This document shows positions 27,900-56,007 of a stretch of 64,000 nt of DNA, one piece after another. Under the pieces are notes generated by a model. That model searched no databases. It was not told where the DNA came from and saw nothing but the letters and a program-made list of their open reading frames with translations. Each line of letters opens with the position of its first letter. Position 1 is the first letter of the stretch. The translations under genes and the position numbers were made by a program. The stretch comes from Macrostomum lignano (lineage: Eukaryota): assembly GCA_002269645.1 (NCBI GenBank), contig NIVC01002259.1:1-64000 (forward strand). The letters run 5' to 3'.

Positions 27900-30750
27900 T
27901 ATTTCTTTTGTTCTAACAAGCTTACCTCATTGAAGGCTGAGACCTAAAGGAACTAGTAGCAGCACTACCTATGCTAGGCTTCTAATCAGAAAAGGATAGA
28001 GAGCCCTACACAAACTATGCTAATGCAGCCTGAGAGAGAAGCACAAGTACAAAACTGGTTGTAGCAATGGGATACTAAAGGCCTATCAAACCTATCCTAA
28101 GACAACTAACTATAACTATATAAATAAATGTTAATGTCAGTTACCAAAATAACTTGATGGCTATAAGCAACCTAAATTATATTTAAACCTAGCCTTAATT
28201 ACAAGTAATATGTGTACAAATTTAAAACTAAATTCATTTATAGACTAGGCCCTAGTTATAATAGACATAGGCTATATTACAAATTATGGTTAGGACCTAT
28301 GGTAAACAGAATTTTTTACCATTTATAAAAAACCCTATTGCCACATTGGAAAATATTTTATAAATAAACAATTATTAGAAAAACTAGCTACTTTGGTAAT
28401 AGTTTGATAATAGTCACTTTAGTGACATCTATTTTAGTAACAAGTTATTTTAGTACCAATGTGCATAGAACATTTAGTAATATCAATTAAAAGTTTGATT
28501 TATTTTTTTAAGTTAGGATAAATATTTATAAATAATGCTTTATCATTGTTGTATCACTCTTTGAAATATCCTGCTTTTGTTATATTTATAAATTTTAAGT
28601 CTTGTTAATTTTTGTTACATTTTTCTCCTATACTTATTTTCCAAGTCTTACTATCTATGTTTATATCTATTTGTTATTTTTTTGATTTGTTAATTGAGAT
28701 TTGATATTATTCTACATATAACTCACCTGATAGATATACCTGAGAATTGGTATTTCATTCATGCAACAGGTATATTTATATGAGAATGTTCTACATGTAC
28801 ATGGCCATTAATAGGGTGCTGCCAAATTTGTTAATATCTAATCTATCAACACTATTGACCAATTGGTTATCTGACTATTTGCTTATATTATACACTAATG
28901 GATATAGACATTTGTGAAAATTTAAAAAAAAATTGTAACTTTCAAAGTTAAACATTTTCTAGTTTTACAAATGGCACATAAGTAGCTATATAGAAAATAA
29001 TAAGGGCATAAGTTATTAACAGATTACCTAATTTATAAAGCAGATATATACCAGCCCCACACAATGGATGCCAAGTGTAATTGTAAGACAATAAAATATA
29101 CACAGCATATAAGCTTTAAGACCTTAGCAGACTTTGAATATATATCTATATTATATTTGGATACTTTGTGAGTGATGAGGACAGACTGACATTTGTGTCG
29201 GAAAGTTTGGTGATGCAGCAAAGAATTTTTTAAGCTCTTTGTTTCCTGGGCAAATGAATTTAATACTTTAATGTTGCAAGGGAAAGGACATGCTATTATG
29301 TTTGAGGTTGCCAATGAGATGGGGGTTTCAATGTCTGTAGCACTGCCATATGTCACAAAGATTTACTAGCTTAGCTATCAGACAGTGGATAAAAATTGAG
29401 AACTCTTTTCCCCTATATGCAGCAACATTTCGACAATTTCATGAAGATAATGATTTTCCACTTCAGTACCTAGTTCTAGGAAATGACTTTTTAACTGACC
29501 TATGCTCTCTTTTGGACACCTTTAAGCCTTTTGTATAGCTCATGGAGCTTTAACTTCCAGTTTTATCACTGGAAGGCTGCAACATGGGGTAAATGCCTAA
29601 TTTGCTGCATGGAAGCCAGACAGAAGTCCTTGTTGCAAAAACACCTGGCTGACAAACAACTTTGGTTTAAGGGCACTCGTCTATATGAAGGCTAGCATCA
29701 TATTTCTAGCTCTACTAATCAGCAAGGAGCAAGCATGCATGGCAGACCTAAAAATCTGCAGACACACACTTGGGAAGAAAGAACTATAGAGAGAGCTATA
29801 GAAGAATCTGAACTGTTTGCCATAGCTTTGCTAGAGAGCATTATTTCTTGACTTTAACTTGGAACTTCTCAATGCTCAAAGATTGTAGCAGAATCTATGG
29901 ACTTTGAAAAACTTCTTTAGAATCTGTCTGGCAGATGTATAGTATGTGATAATACTGGAGTTGCAAAAAATATTCAAACCTGCTTTGATTTTGAAATATT
30001 TATGGTCATTGGTAAACAGGAATTCATGCAATTCTTTAACTAAGTTGTATCACTACCGCACATTAAAAACACTGCTCAGGCAAGTGATTCAGAAATATCT
30101 CAGCTCATACCTGGTCTTCATGGAGCTGCTTATCTGAAGTTAAAGGTGATTATTGATATTTACATATACCATTATTTCCATTATCCTGTGTACTATGCAA
30201 TATATCCTTATTATTTATCAGACTTGTGTAAATTTCAGGGCACATTTGAGTAGCTTTTTGGGGAGAACTAGCCTCTCTTGGCATATCATGCCTATGCTTC
30301 AAATCAGACAAAAACTACAAGCCAGTAAGAGGACATGTTTTTCATTCTATAGAAATTCAAGATCAGTTTGATTCTGTGCAACCACTTTTCAATGTGTCAA
30401 CAGATGCTAGAGACTTTAAGAGCTGTCTGCTCAATGAACAGAAGCTAATGCAACCTTTCTACATGGAACCTGAAGTTTATGAAAAAGCTGGAATAGAGCT
30501 CTGTACATTATTAGATATAGCAGTGAACACTGGTGGAAGCAAGGCCCTTGCTGAATCATTCTATGGAGTAATAAGATCGCAGCATATGCGTGGCCAGCAA
30601 CAAAGCAAGACTCTGCAGCTGCAAACAAAAATTGATTGGTTGTTGAGGGTAATTTTAATCCGTCCAACCCTTGTATGCCACTCCCCCATTTTATTCCTCG
30701 AAACTCAAGTCTAAGTTGTGTCACTTGCAAAGATTGAAAGATTACCTGCA
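27900..30750 (+). pseudogene. Highly decayed transposase-like remnant, tentatively hAT-related
   Basis: Fragments KGPIKPILRQ (~28075), SQRFTSLAIRQW..PLYAATF (29350-), and GGSKALAESFYGVIRSQ...TKIDWLL (30530-30645), which loosely resembles the hAT C-terminal S.A..ER.FS motif. Many stops; no TIR/TSD confirmed. Confidence 0.35.
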
Positions 30751-31561
30751 CTCTCAAAAGTGGCGACCATAGACCAATAGATGGGATCTTCCATGATGGT
30801 GACTTTTCAATGTTGCTAAGTATTAGCTACATATAGCCATCTGTAACTAGCTATCTGTAGCTACATGTATGATGATCAACGTAATATATATTTGCTTTTA
30901 TCTAAGCATTAAAATAAATTAATTGTCCTTTGTCCTGATGAATTGTTAAATATACTAGTTTTGGTCCAATATTATCTGTTTTCTTAGGTTCAATTTATAT
31001 TACCGTCAAATAGGGCTAAATTTTGTGACCACCTGATTGGTTTACAATTTTGATCTCTAATTTGTACATGTACACTAGTCAATTGATTTGATATCTCCTG
31101 TGATGGCAGTGGGAATTTCGATGTTACTGAGTATTAGCTACAGGCCATTGATAAACTTTGTTAGTCACTTTAAACTACATATGCAGTTACATATATGTAT
31201 TGACCCAATTTTAATACCATTAGTAGCTTTAAAGTCAAGTATATGCAGTATTGGGTATTGTATACTTCTATAAAATGTATCAACCTAAAGGAATACTTTG
31301 ATACCCAAATGATAATCATCGATACTATAATATCAGAGTATTGGACCTATGCCTAATACTGTGTACATTTATGTACATCTATCATTACATGATGTACTCA
31401 TGTAGCCGCTCATGAACATAGCTATTGTGACATTATTATTGTCAGCTTGTGACACTATGAATAGTCATTAAAAAAGCATACTTTGCACATATATTTCAAT
31501 GTGCTTCTTTCCACACTCTGCTTTTTTCATTACTCCATTGTTTGTTACATCTGCATACATA

Positions 31562-32617
31562 CAATTTATTCAAAAAGTCGCATTGAAATGCAGCAAAAAT
31601 TTCACAAGTCGCCAGGTAGATAGAGTCCATCAACGCCAGATAGGCCTCTTTGAATGACGACCCCTAGTCTGGACAACCCAGCATAGCTGTGACCAAAGCC
31701 AATATTGCTGCTGCTAGAGCTCTGGTAGACGAGGATCCAAACATTACCATTGCTGTGATTAGCGAGACTATCAGTATTTCTAATGGCAGTGCGCACACCA
31801 TTCTGCATAGCCACCTGGGCCTCCGCAAGGTCATCGCCCGCTGGGTGCCCCATCTCCTGATAGAAGAGCAGAAGAGGAAGAGGGTGCGGTGCAGCCAGGA
31901 ATTCCTGCACAACTTCAGTCTAGGAGGCAGCTAGAGGCTTTCTAACATTGTTACAGGTGATGAGAAATGGTTTTTTTATTTTCAAATGCCCCAGAAGATG
32001 TAGAACAAGGCCTGGGTGGGCTTGGGAGACGCGAGGCCAACTGTCCTATGGTCCAGCTTTTGGTCCTGGAAGATGTTTGTCATCTTCATCAGCACATCTG
32101 GGCCCGTGGCTGTCATCATGGTGCCTAATGGATAGAATGTGAACGCCAGCTTCTACTCCGGTACGGTTCTGCCACAAGTCATGGCGTCACTTCACGCAAC
32201 TTAGCCCTCATGGCTTCAAGATGGGTGAGTTCACCTGCTACATGACAATGTGTCCAGTCACACAGTGGCCCTGATGACCAACTTTCTGGTAGCCAACAAC
32301 ATCAAGACCATCAGCCATCCACCCTACAGTCCTGATTTGGCTCCCTGCAACTTCTGGGTGTTCGCCAAGCTGACTGAACGGCTGGCAGGATGGAATTTTC
32401 ACCGATGCCAAGACCCAGCTAAGTGCATCAATTCAGAGTTGAAGGACATACCTGCTTCTGAGTACCATGGCGCATTTGAAGCATGGATTTGGTGGCACCA
32501 AAAGTGCATTGAGAGAGGGGGAGACTACATTGAAGGATTGTAACATGTTCAGTTGTTCTTTGCAGTTACTGATTTTTAATAGTTGACCAGTTGCTACAAA
32601 TTTTTGGATGCCCCTCA
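31562..32617 (+). mobile_element. Mariner (Tc1/mariner DD34D-type) transposon remnant, 5'-deleted, transposase inactivated by nonsense codons
   Basis: One frame from 31614 to 32543: SLNDDP*SGQP, RWVPHLL, TGDEKW, LLHDN, HPPYSPDLAPCN (third D changed to N), KCIERGGDYIE. Right TIR-like end ...TTTTTGGATGCCCCTCA|TA at 32617. Left end uncertain. Confidence 0.9.
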
Positions 32618-33659
32618 TAAATATATTACACTTCTCTTGAATGTTGGTATCGTATGACTGCAATTGAGTTGATTACATGCCCTGCTCTGACCATGGATGA
32701 CAAATTAAAATTTAAGAGACTTATTTTTGAGTGGCTGACTGTCTACAGCTGCTCATATAAATTTCATCTATTGCGCTGAGAAATGCAGCATAATTTCATT
32801 TGAAATCTAAAAAAGCTTGTGCATATGCACCCATATACCAACTGCCTAGCCTAGTCCTAGCAAAATCTTTTAAACTTGGTGGCCCTAGATGGGATAAAGC
32901 ATGCTTTATATTGCATTTTCTGAAGCATCTAGCTAATACTTACTGTACTTTCTTATTATATCACATTTAAATAGAAGAAAATGCATTCTTTTGTGTGTGT
33001 TGCCTTGTTATAGTAAAACAAAATTATTGCATTTTAAAGCAGTCACAGAGTACTGCCTACAGAGTAAAGAAAATGATTAAAAACTCTCAGTTTTTACGAA
33101 AACTTTGTATGGAAAAGCCTACAAAAAGTTGCGCATAAAATTTCAGTTCAGTAATCAGTTCAGTTCAGTTCAGTTCAGTTCAGTTCAGTTCAATAATAGG
33201 TTCAGTAGGACCTATTAATAACATATGCAACTTGCATCTAATTAAGAAGTTGGCATATAAGCATTACTTTATTAAATTTTATTCTGATATACACCTGCCA
33301 TAATAGTATGATTTAGACTATAAATATAGTAGTAATATAATATAATATACAAGCTGTTGAAACCTGCGGATTTTGAACCCGGGGAATTCCAATACCCGGA
33401 ACTTTACTTTTGCATATATTCTGAAATCTAAGGCCATACACAAAAAAACTTGTTAATAGTTAGTAGGATAGAGTAGAGGTAGACATAAAATGGAGCACAT
33501 TCGTGTAAAATTAGGATTTGAGGAAAAAATTGATACTGTTGGCTGGGGTACTGCGCAGAATGTCAGGCAAAATGTCTGTCTGACTCTAAAACATGTATTG
33601 GCAAACTCTGGCCTCTCCCTGACTCTCCCTACATCCCTTGGATCCTTTAAAATTTCTAT

Positions 33660-35480
<1,821 letters not shown>

Positions 35481-36149
35481 TATTCCTTCTCCTTTCCACT
35501 CTCATCTGGCCCGCACATAAGCTGGATTCTTTATCTGGCTTTTGAAGTAAAAATCTGCCCATTCCTGCTTGGAAAGCCAGTTTGTGGGACGTAGTACTCT
35601 CATGGCTGTTCTCATGCTTTGATCATGTCATCTTTCTTGCCAATTTGCAGCCCTGAAAGGAATTTGTGTATTTTCAGCTCCACTGCAGTCTGCATCAGTC
35701 TAACAATCGAGGAAATACGCATTTCTTAGGAGGACATTTAAAATTTAAAGTACTTTTAAGAGAAACCTAAAATTTCCATGGTGTGCCTAATTTAGTAGGG
35801 TTGTATTGCATTGCATCGCCTTTTCATAAATCTTTCACTTTCACAAACCATGCCAGATTGCCTTGATTTGCCAATTGCCATCCACTGTTAAACTGCTGCA
35901 GAGTTTGCCAATACAGAGGTGAGGGCAGTGGTTAGAATTTCTCACTAAACTGTTGTGGCTAAACATAGCCTCCATGGGGGTGCAAAGAGGATATAAAGAA
36001 AGCTATTCCAAAACACTGTACATTTGCTATGTACATTCAGTCCTATTGCCTGACCCTTGGTCTGGCTCTGGGGGAATGAGTGAGTGAGTGGCACAAACAA
36101 CAGAAAAAGCAGACAAACTTCACATGCTTACAGTTTCTTTTTCGATTGA

Positions 36150-36667
36150 GTTACAGAGTTGAAACTTTACATTTAGACAGAGAATGGGTCAATGAAGAAT
36201 TGTGTCAAGTTTGAAGTCAATCGCTTTACGTAGAGCAAACTTATGGCAGCTGAAAGTTAGTCAATTTTGAAACCCCTTTTACACATCTGGGCCCAGTTCA
36301 AGAAAGAGAGGCAGGCGGGCGGAGGTTGGGGTGGTTGCTACGCTGAAAAAACAGCCTAACTTTAAAAGTGCACAGCGCCGTTCAGGATTAACTTTGAGAT
36401 TCAAAATTTTACATGATTGTGCCAAAATAGTTAAAGATTATCTGTGTGAAATTTGAAGAGAATCAGTAGAAGTGGAGCGGCACTATGGAGGATTTAGTGA
36501 AAAAATCGCGCATTTTGAGCAGTTTTTTGCACTTTTAGGTAGGAAGACTCAAATTTAGGAAATTTTAAGGTAGCCTAAGACATTCTCCGTAGTAAGTTTA
36601 GGGTGGGTGTAAAGTTTGGTGTCGTTTGGTTGAGTGGTTTGGGAGTCCATAGCGAAGTAATTTGTCC

Positions 36668-36716
<49 letters not shown>

Positions 36717-36739
36717 GTTTTGATTTTTATAGGTAGAGA
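36150..36739 (-). mobile_element. Helitron/DINE-1-like non-autonomous element with (TCTG)n near its 5' end (3' end not defined)
   Basis: Minus strand A|TCTCTACCTATAAAAATCAAAACT(CTGT)n...CTCAACCAAACGACACCAAACTTTACAC; same layout as the element at 22756. Confidence 0.45.
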
Positions 36740-37811
36740 TATACAAATTTGCATAGCCCATAGGCTTAAATTTTCAATCATCTTTAAAAGTAAAAAATAA
36801 ATTAAAACTTTAAATAATACTATAGACATAAAATGCACCATACACATCTGGCACTAAAGTAAACTGTCACCAAAATGGATGTCACCAAAAAAACTATTAT
36901 TCATTACCAGGCTTTTCTTGTAGGTGATGTTGTGTTGTCTAAGACTAAGCCTTATTGAAAATTGTCATAGTATAAGTAAGTAAGCATTATTAGCAAATTC
37001 TGTCACTGGTATAAATAAATTAGTTGCAAAACTATTTACATTAATTTAATTTACCCGTTATCAGCCATAAAAATCCCTGGAAGCTTGGTGGCGTTGATAA
37101 ATGCTATAGATAGTCAGATGATAGATAATATTGATAGGTAAAACGAAATCTAGTAGTCTAGTACTACTACAAGGGATTAGGTTGCTGAACTGAATTCAAC
37201 TTAAACTTGCAGCTGCTGCAAAGCTAAGTTAATTGTAATTTATTTCCAGTTTGATTAGCTTTTTTAACAGCACCTCTTTCTTTAAGTCTGGACTTTTATT
37301 GTTGCAATTTCTGATTTTGTTATCAAAAAATAGTGATTATACGGAAATTCATCTGTTCGCAGACTTTTTAGAAAATTAAAAAACTAACAAACGTACAGAG
37401 CAAGAACAATACTAAAGCACCTCTTTGTCATTAACTATTATTAGTAATTGTTTAAAAATAGAACACATTGTTTTTTATAGTTTTATAATAGAACATTACT
37501 TACTGTAAATGTTGACAGTGTCACTATTAAGTGTTGAAACTTTCGTTGTTTTTTAAGCTCGACGAACAAATTCGATATTGATTGATTGATTGATTCTATA
37601 ATTTCTATCTGAAAATAGACGCTTCAAATTTAGGTTTAGCTTAGCTTGATATGCCAAAGTTAAGAGTTTTACGCAATTAGTTTTGGTTCTTTAGTTATGT
37701 AGAATAATGGTAATATATCTTCTCTTGCATTATATTTGCTATCCGTCTGTTTCTGCTTACTTGACTTAGTTAATTTTCCCCATGGAATGCTGATGTTGTT
37801 TAAGATTCAAA

Positions 37812-38928
37812 ATGTCAAAGAATTACGATTACCTTTTTAAAATTGTGATGATTGGAGACAGTGCTGTAGGAAAAACTAGTGTTTTGACTAGATTTGCCAA
37901 TAACAATTTCAGTCAGTCCTTCATTGCTACAATAGGTAAGAGTTAACTAGCATAGTTTGTCATTTATTTTTTCAATAAAAAATGGTTCAGCCTTTTTATA
38001 CTTTCAAACAGCTAATTTCTGAGTTTTATTTGACAAAAATTAATGAATCTATGCAGAATATTTTTGACTTGATAATTTTAGACCTTCATAAAGACAAAAT
38101 ATCTATTCTTATAACTATCTATATGCAATAGAACAATCATGGAAACAGCCTTTTTAAAATACAGGCCAGTATCTCCCTGCCCTCTGTTAAGTATGAGCTC
38201 AAGGATTTGCTCCCTCACTAAATTTCTAATTTTTGAACTAGCAGATCTTAGGTATTATATGGTATAATCATTATTTTATAATTTATGACTAAATTTTGAT
38301 TAGCCAATAAGTCTTTTTTGCATTTTTTTTCAATTTTAGGGATTGACTTTACAATGCGCACCATTGAGCTCGATGGCAAGAAAGTGAAACTTCAAGTTTG
38401 GTAAGTTCTAATCTTTATGTTTCTTTGTTTATTTATCTAACTTTATTGTTTCATTGAAGTTTCATTACAAACTTTAAGTTTGTTAAAACAAAATTCGCAG
38501 GATAAATGAGTTTAAACGAGTACAGGATATAGGCAGATCAAAACTTTTAATTGTAGGTTCTTCATTCTGAGATAGCCTTTAATAGTATAATCTCCACCTG
38601 TACCACAGGGACACAGCTGGTCAGGAGCGATTTCGAACTATTACCACCGCTTATTATCGTGGAGCAATGGGCATCGTCCTGGTCTATGACGTCACTGACG
38701 CCGAATCATTTGACAACATTCGCACGTGGATTAGCAACATTGATCAGCATGCTAGTAGCGATGTAGAAAAACTGTTGCTAGCAAATAAATGTGACTTGGT
38801 CGATGAGCGAGCTGTCTCAGTGGAGCGCGGGGAGAAAGTACGTTTTCACTTTCTATTTAGATAATAGGTGCCATCTTCTACAACTACTTTTACTACTACT
38901 ACTAGTACTACTACTACTACTACTGCTG

Positions 38929-38960
<32 letters not shown>

Positions 38961-38994
38961 GCTGCTACTACTACTACTACTACTACTACTGCTG

Positions 38995-39026
<32 letters not shown>

Positions 39027-39394
39027 GCTGCTACTACTACTACTACAAATATTACTACTACTACTACTACTACTACTACAAATACTACTACTGCTACTAC
39101 TACTGCTACCCCCAACTCCCGCAGTTCGCCGCGGACAATCAAATGCGATTCTGCGAGTGCAGTGCCAAGACCGGCCAGGGCGTCCAGGAGGCTTTCACGC
39201 AGATCGCTCGCGACATCAAAGCAAAGCTCGACAGACGAAACGACGAATCCGCTGGCGCGAGCGGAGTCGCCGCCGGGGCCGGTCGAGGCGGTGGCAATTC
39301 CTCGAAACGACGATTCTTGATCGGCCGATTGCGGCGTCCTGGAGGCGGCGGTTGCAACGGCGGCGGCCACAAAATCAAGTGCAGCCTGTTGTAG
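37812..39394 (+). CDS. RAB8: Rab8-family small GTPase, 227 aa. Exons 37812-37935, 38340-38400, 38609-38837, 39125-39394.
   Basis: [53 protein letters not shown], and a single-Cys CaaX end CSLL. GT-AG introns give a continuous 684-nt frame. AATAAA near 39520 and 39820. Rab10/Rab13 cannot be fully excluded without a tree. Confidence 0.88.
38880..39110 (+). repeat. (CTA)n/(CTG) trinucleotide microsatellite filling Rab intron 3
   Basis: Direct inspection; this is the source of the poly-L/T/V ORFs in the track. Confidence 0.95.
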
Positions 39395-42302
39395 AGGCGC
39401 TTTAATTTTGCTGTCCTTTTGTCGAATTTAATTGACCTTCATTTTGCGCCAACAAACGCTACATATACTGCTAAAATTAGCAAAACTCAGAAATGCGCAC
39501 AGCATGACAAAAAAAGCTAGAATAAAATTTTTGGACATCATTCCTAGAATCTGATGTTTCTTGCGAGCTGCTTCTATTGATCGAGCACTTTCAATGACAG
39601 TTTTTCTGTATCTCCTGTCTGCATCAGCCTTTTTTCACGGCTGGAGACTGCAGGCATTTCTTTACACAAATTTGTGTGTATTGATATTTAACTTTTTGTA
39701 CTGTGATTTTTTCAAGACTGTAAACTAACTTCTCTAGTCACTGTAAACATTTTCACTGCACCGCTTATTTACCAGCACTTATGAGCTGACCTCGTAGCAG
39801 CAGCTTTGTTAGAAATCTGAATAAATAATTTGATACAGACCTCTGTGTGCTGAGCCAGTATTCACTACTGGCACTACTCGATACATTGAAAAGTTTGAAG
39901 CGTTTGCATTTGATTCGATTCGTATTTGAGTTTGACCTTTGACCCGCTACAGGCAGAGCGGCTCAGCGGTGGACGGGTTGTCTTGGCGGTTCGCACCCAC
40001 GAGGACCAACCCCCAAGGCACAGACAGTGTACATGCCTGAGAGTGTACATGTTTGACGATCAGGAAAGTCAGGGCCGCTGTACACCCTGTGTGAGCGAGT
40101 GTACGAGTGCTGTGCCTACGTACAGCATTGGCGCACTTGTATGTACTTACAAAAGCTCTCCTGCGACCATCTTTGACCCACGCGTCTTTCTGACTCATCT
40201 TGCCGTGTTAGTGAAGACAGTTAAAAAAAGTATGCGCACAACTGAATCCAATGCACTAGCAGACTTACACGACAGGGCAGTTGCTATGGAAACGCCAACT
40301 CTCACAGTGTATCTTGCTGGTTACTTTATTGCTTAAATCAATTTCTAAAATGACACGAATTGAATTGGAAAGCAAGCGCAGAAGACAGGTAGCGGTTATG
40401 CAGGACTGACAGGTAACAAGCATTGGTGAATATAATTTGTACAGGAGCATAATGTTAAAAAAAACGCTTATTAATTCATGCCACGCATTTAGTATGAAAA
40501 TCTGATTTATGACACCATTGATCCATTGGTTGGTTTTTCAGGAAAGGTTTATGAAACACGGCAGCAATGAAAGGAGAGCTGGGCTGGTAGACTGACAGAC
40601 AGACAAACAAGCAAGTTTTTGTCATGATTTCGATAATTTTCCCGTCGAATAGGGTAAACTCGTAATACTACTTATTAACGTGTATGATAGTAGTATCAAA
40701 CGCATTGTTACAGTTGCGGTTTCAACATGCAAAAATAGCATTTTCTAATCGGTTTTGACAGCTGCTTAAATCCTTTATTGAACTAGAACAAAAATGGACA
40801 AAGAAGGTCACTGTAACTGATTACACGGAGATATACATGTTCTTCTGGGACATGAACAGCTTCAGCAATAGCAGGAATCGATAGTTTATTAAAAAAAGAT
40901 AATTGGCAAGATAAAAAAACTGGTTATAATAATTGCATTGATATATGTAGATAATAAATATAGGCTGCAGTTTTGCTGGAGGTAGCTTGTGACAACAATA
41001 AACTCAGGTAGTTACTAAACTTTGTTCCTAATCGCTCTCAAGTATGCGTTGAAAATGTAATTAGAAATCATTTTGAATAGGCGAATAGCTTCTTGTAAGG
41101 GCAGTGTTTTTAATTGGCAGGTGTTTTTGTATCTGCCTAATTTGAAATTTACTCATGTGTCTTCTGAAATCTCTGCTTTCAGCGTCATTAAAATTTCTAA
41201 TACTTGGTTGATTTGACTTGCTTTCCACGAATGGCTCCCGCTTTTTCAGCAGAAACAAATCTCAACAAATTTGCAATAAATTTTCAAGTCCAGAAGGTGA
41301 AATATATTAGTGAATTTTATCTTGCAAAGTGCAGAGCCCTTCTGCTTCATAGCAGACTCCGTGTGCTTTTTCAATACTCCGAGAGTTGCCGTTTTCTTAG
41401 GAGTAGAACGCATTTGCCGCGTTTGAGGATTTGGGTTTTTTAGAGAGCAAAGAAAAGTGGAATGCTTGTCCTCAACTTGAGTCTCTCCCACCCCCCCCCC
41501 CCGGGATTGGCACCACTCAGTCTCGGGCGGCACTCTGTGATGAAGATAAAGCTGAGCTGCCCAGCTGCTGCCGCGCCGCCGCCTTCATGGCGACAGTGAA
41601 GGGGAAGACGCTTAGAGATGCGGGCGGGAGGCTGGGGGAGGCCGACTCAGCTCTGCTCTCCTTTTGTACCGGCTAATCATCTAGCGAAATTCCGCAATAC
41701 ATTTCTTGTCAGCTCTCCGGGTTCATCCGCATATGCATTTTTTTCGCTAAATCCCCTCGACTCAGTTTATCGCCCGCAGCTGGCTAAGTGAGAAAAATCA
41801 GAAACTGCTTAATAACAGCAGAGAGATCAGGGGTTCGACACCGGCCTTAGCATAACACTCGCGCTTACTTTAACTACAAAGGCAGATTAGCGGTTTGTCT
41901 GTCTGCCCTGTCTCTATCTGTCCAATAGGCTGCACCAGCCTGCTCAGCATTGATTGACAGGTGAATTAGGGGGGGGGGATGAGCCGCGGCGGCGCTCAGA
42001 TATGCATTGGCTGGAAGTCGCCAGCCTGTCTGTCTGGCGGAGGCGGCATTGGCAACACTCTGGGGCGAGGGGAGGAGGGGGAGAGAGAGAGAAGGCGGAA
42101 CGAGGCGGGGCTGAGAGAACGATTGAGAGTCCCAAAACTTTTCTCCCAACAAGCCTACATCCCCTTCCCCCCTTAAACCCTAGCAGCCCAAATCCAGTCC
42201 ATCTCTTTCAGGTCTGTAAATTTCGTCTATTATTTGCATTCACAGAGGCGGCTCGGCCGGCGGCAGTGGCGGCCCAGCAGCAGCCTGGATGGCGGGATTT
42301 TG

Positions 42303-56007
<13,705 letters not shown>

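Noticed and set aside
26998-31100. Possible degenerate CAGG...CCTG TIRs around the hAT-like remnant
   Set aside because: Only about 70% similar with gaps, and the 8-bp flanks (TCAAATGC vs TGATGGCA) do not form a TSD.
30930-32280. CTGATGA hammerhead-ribozyme cores (near 30935 and 32270)
   Set aside because: No matching GAAA or flanking stems; one lies within mariner coding sequence.
38791-39405. Poly-Leu, poly-Thr (mucin-like) and poly-Val ORFs
   Set aside because: Intronic (CTA)n repeat; the true frame is Rab exon 4 from 39125.
39926-40336. 136-aa ORF downstream of Rab
   Set aside because: TTG-type start, no recognisable motif or codon bias; probably 3' flank.
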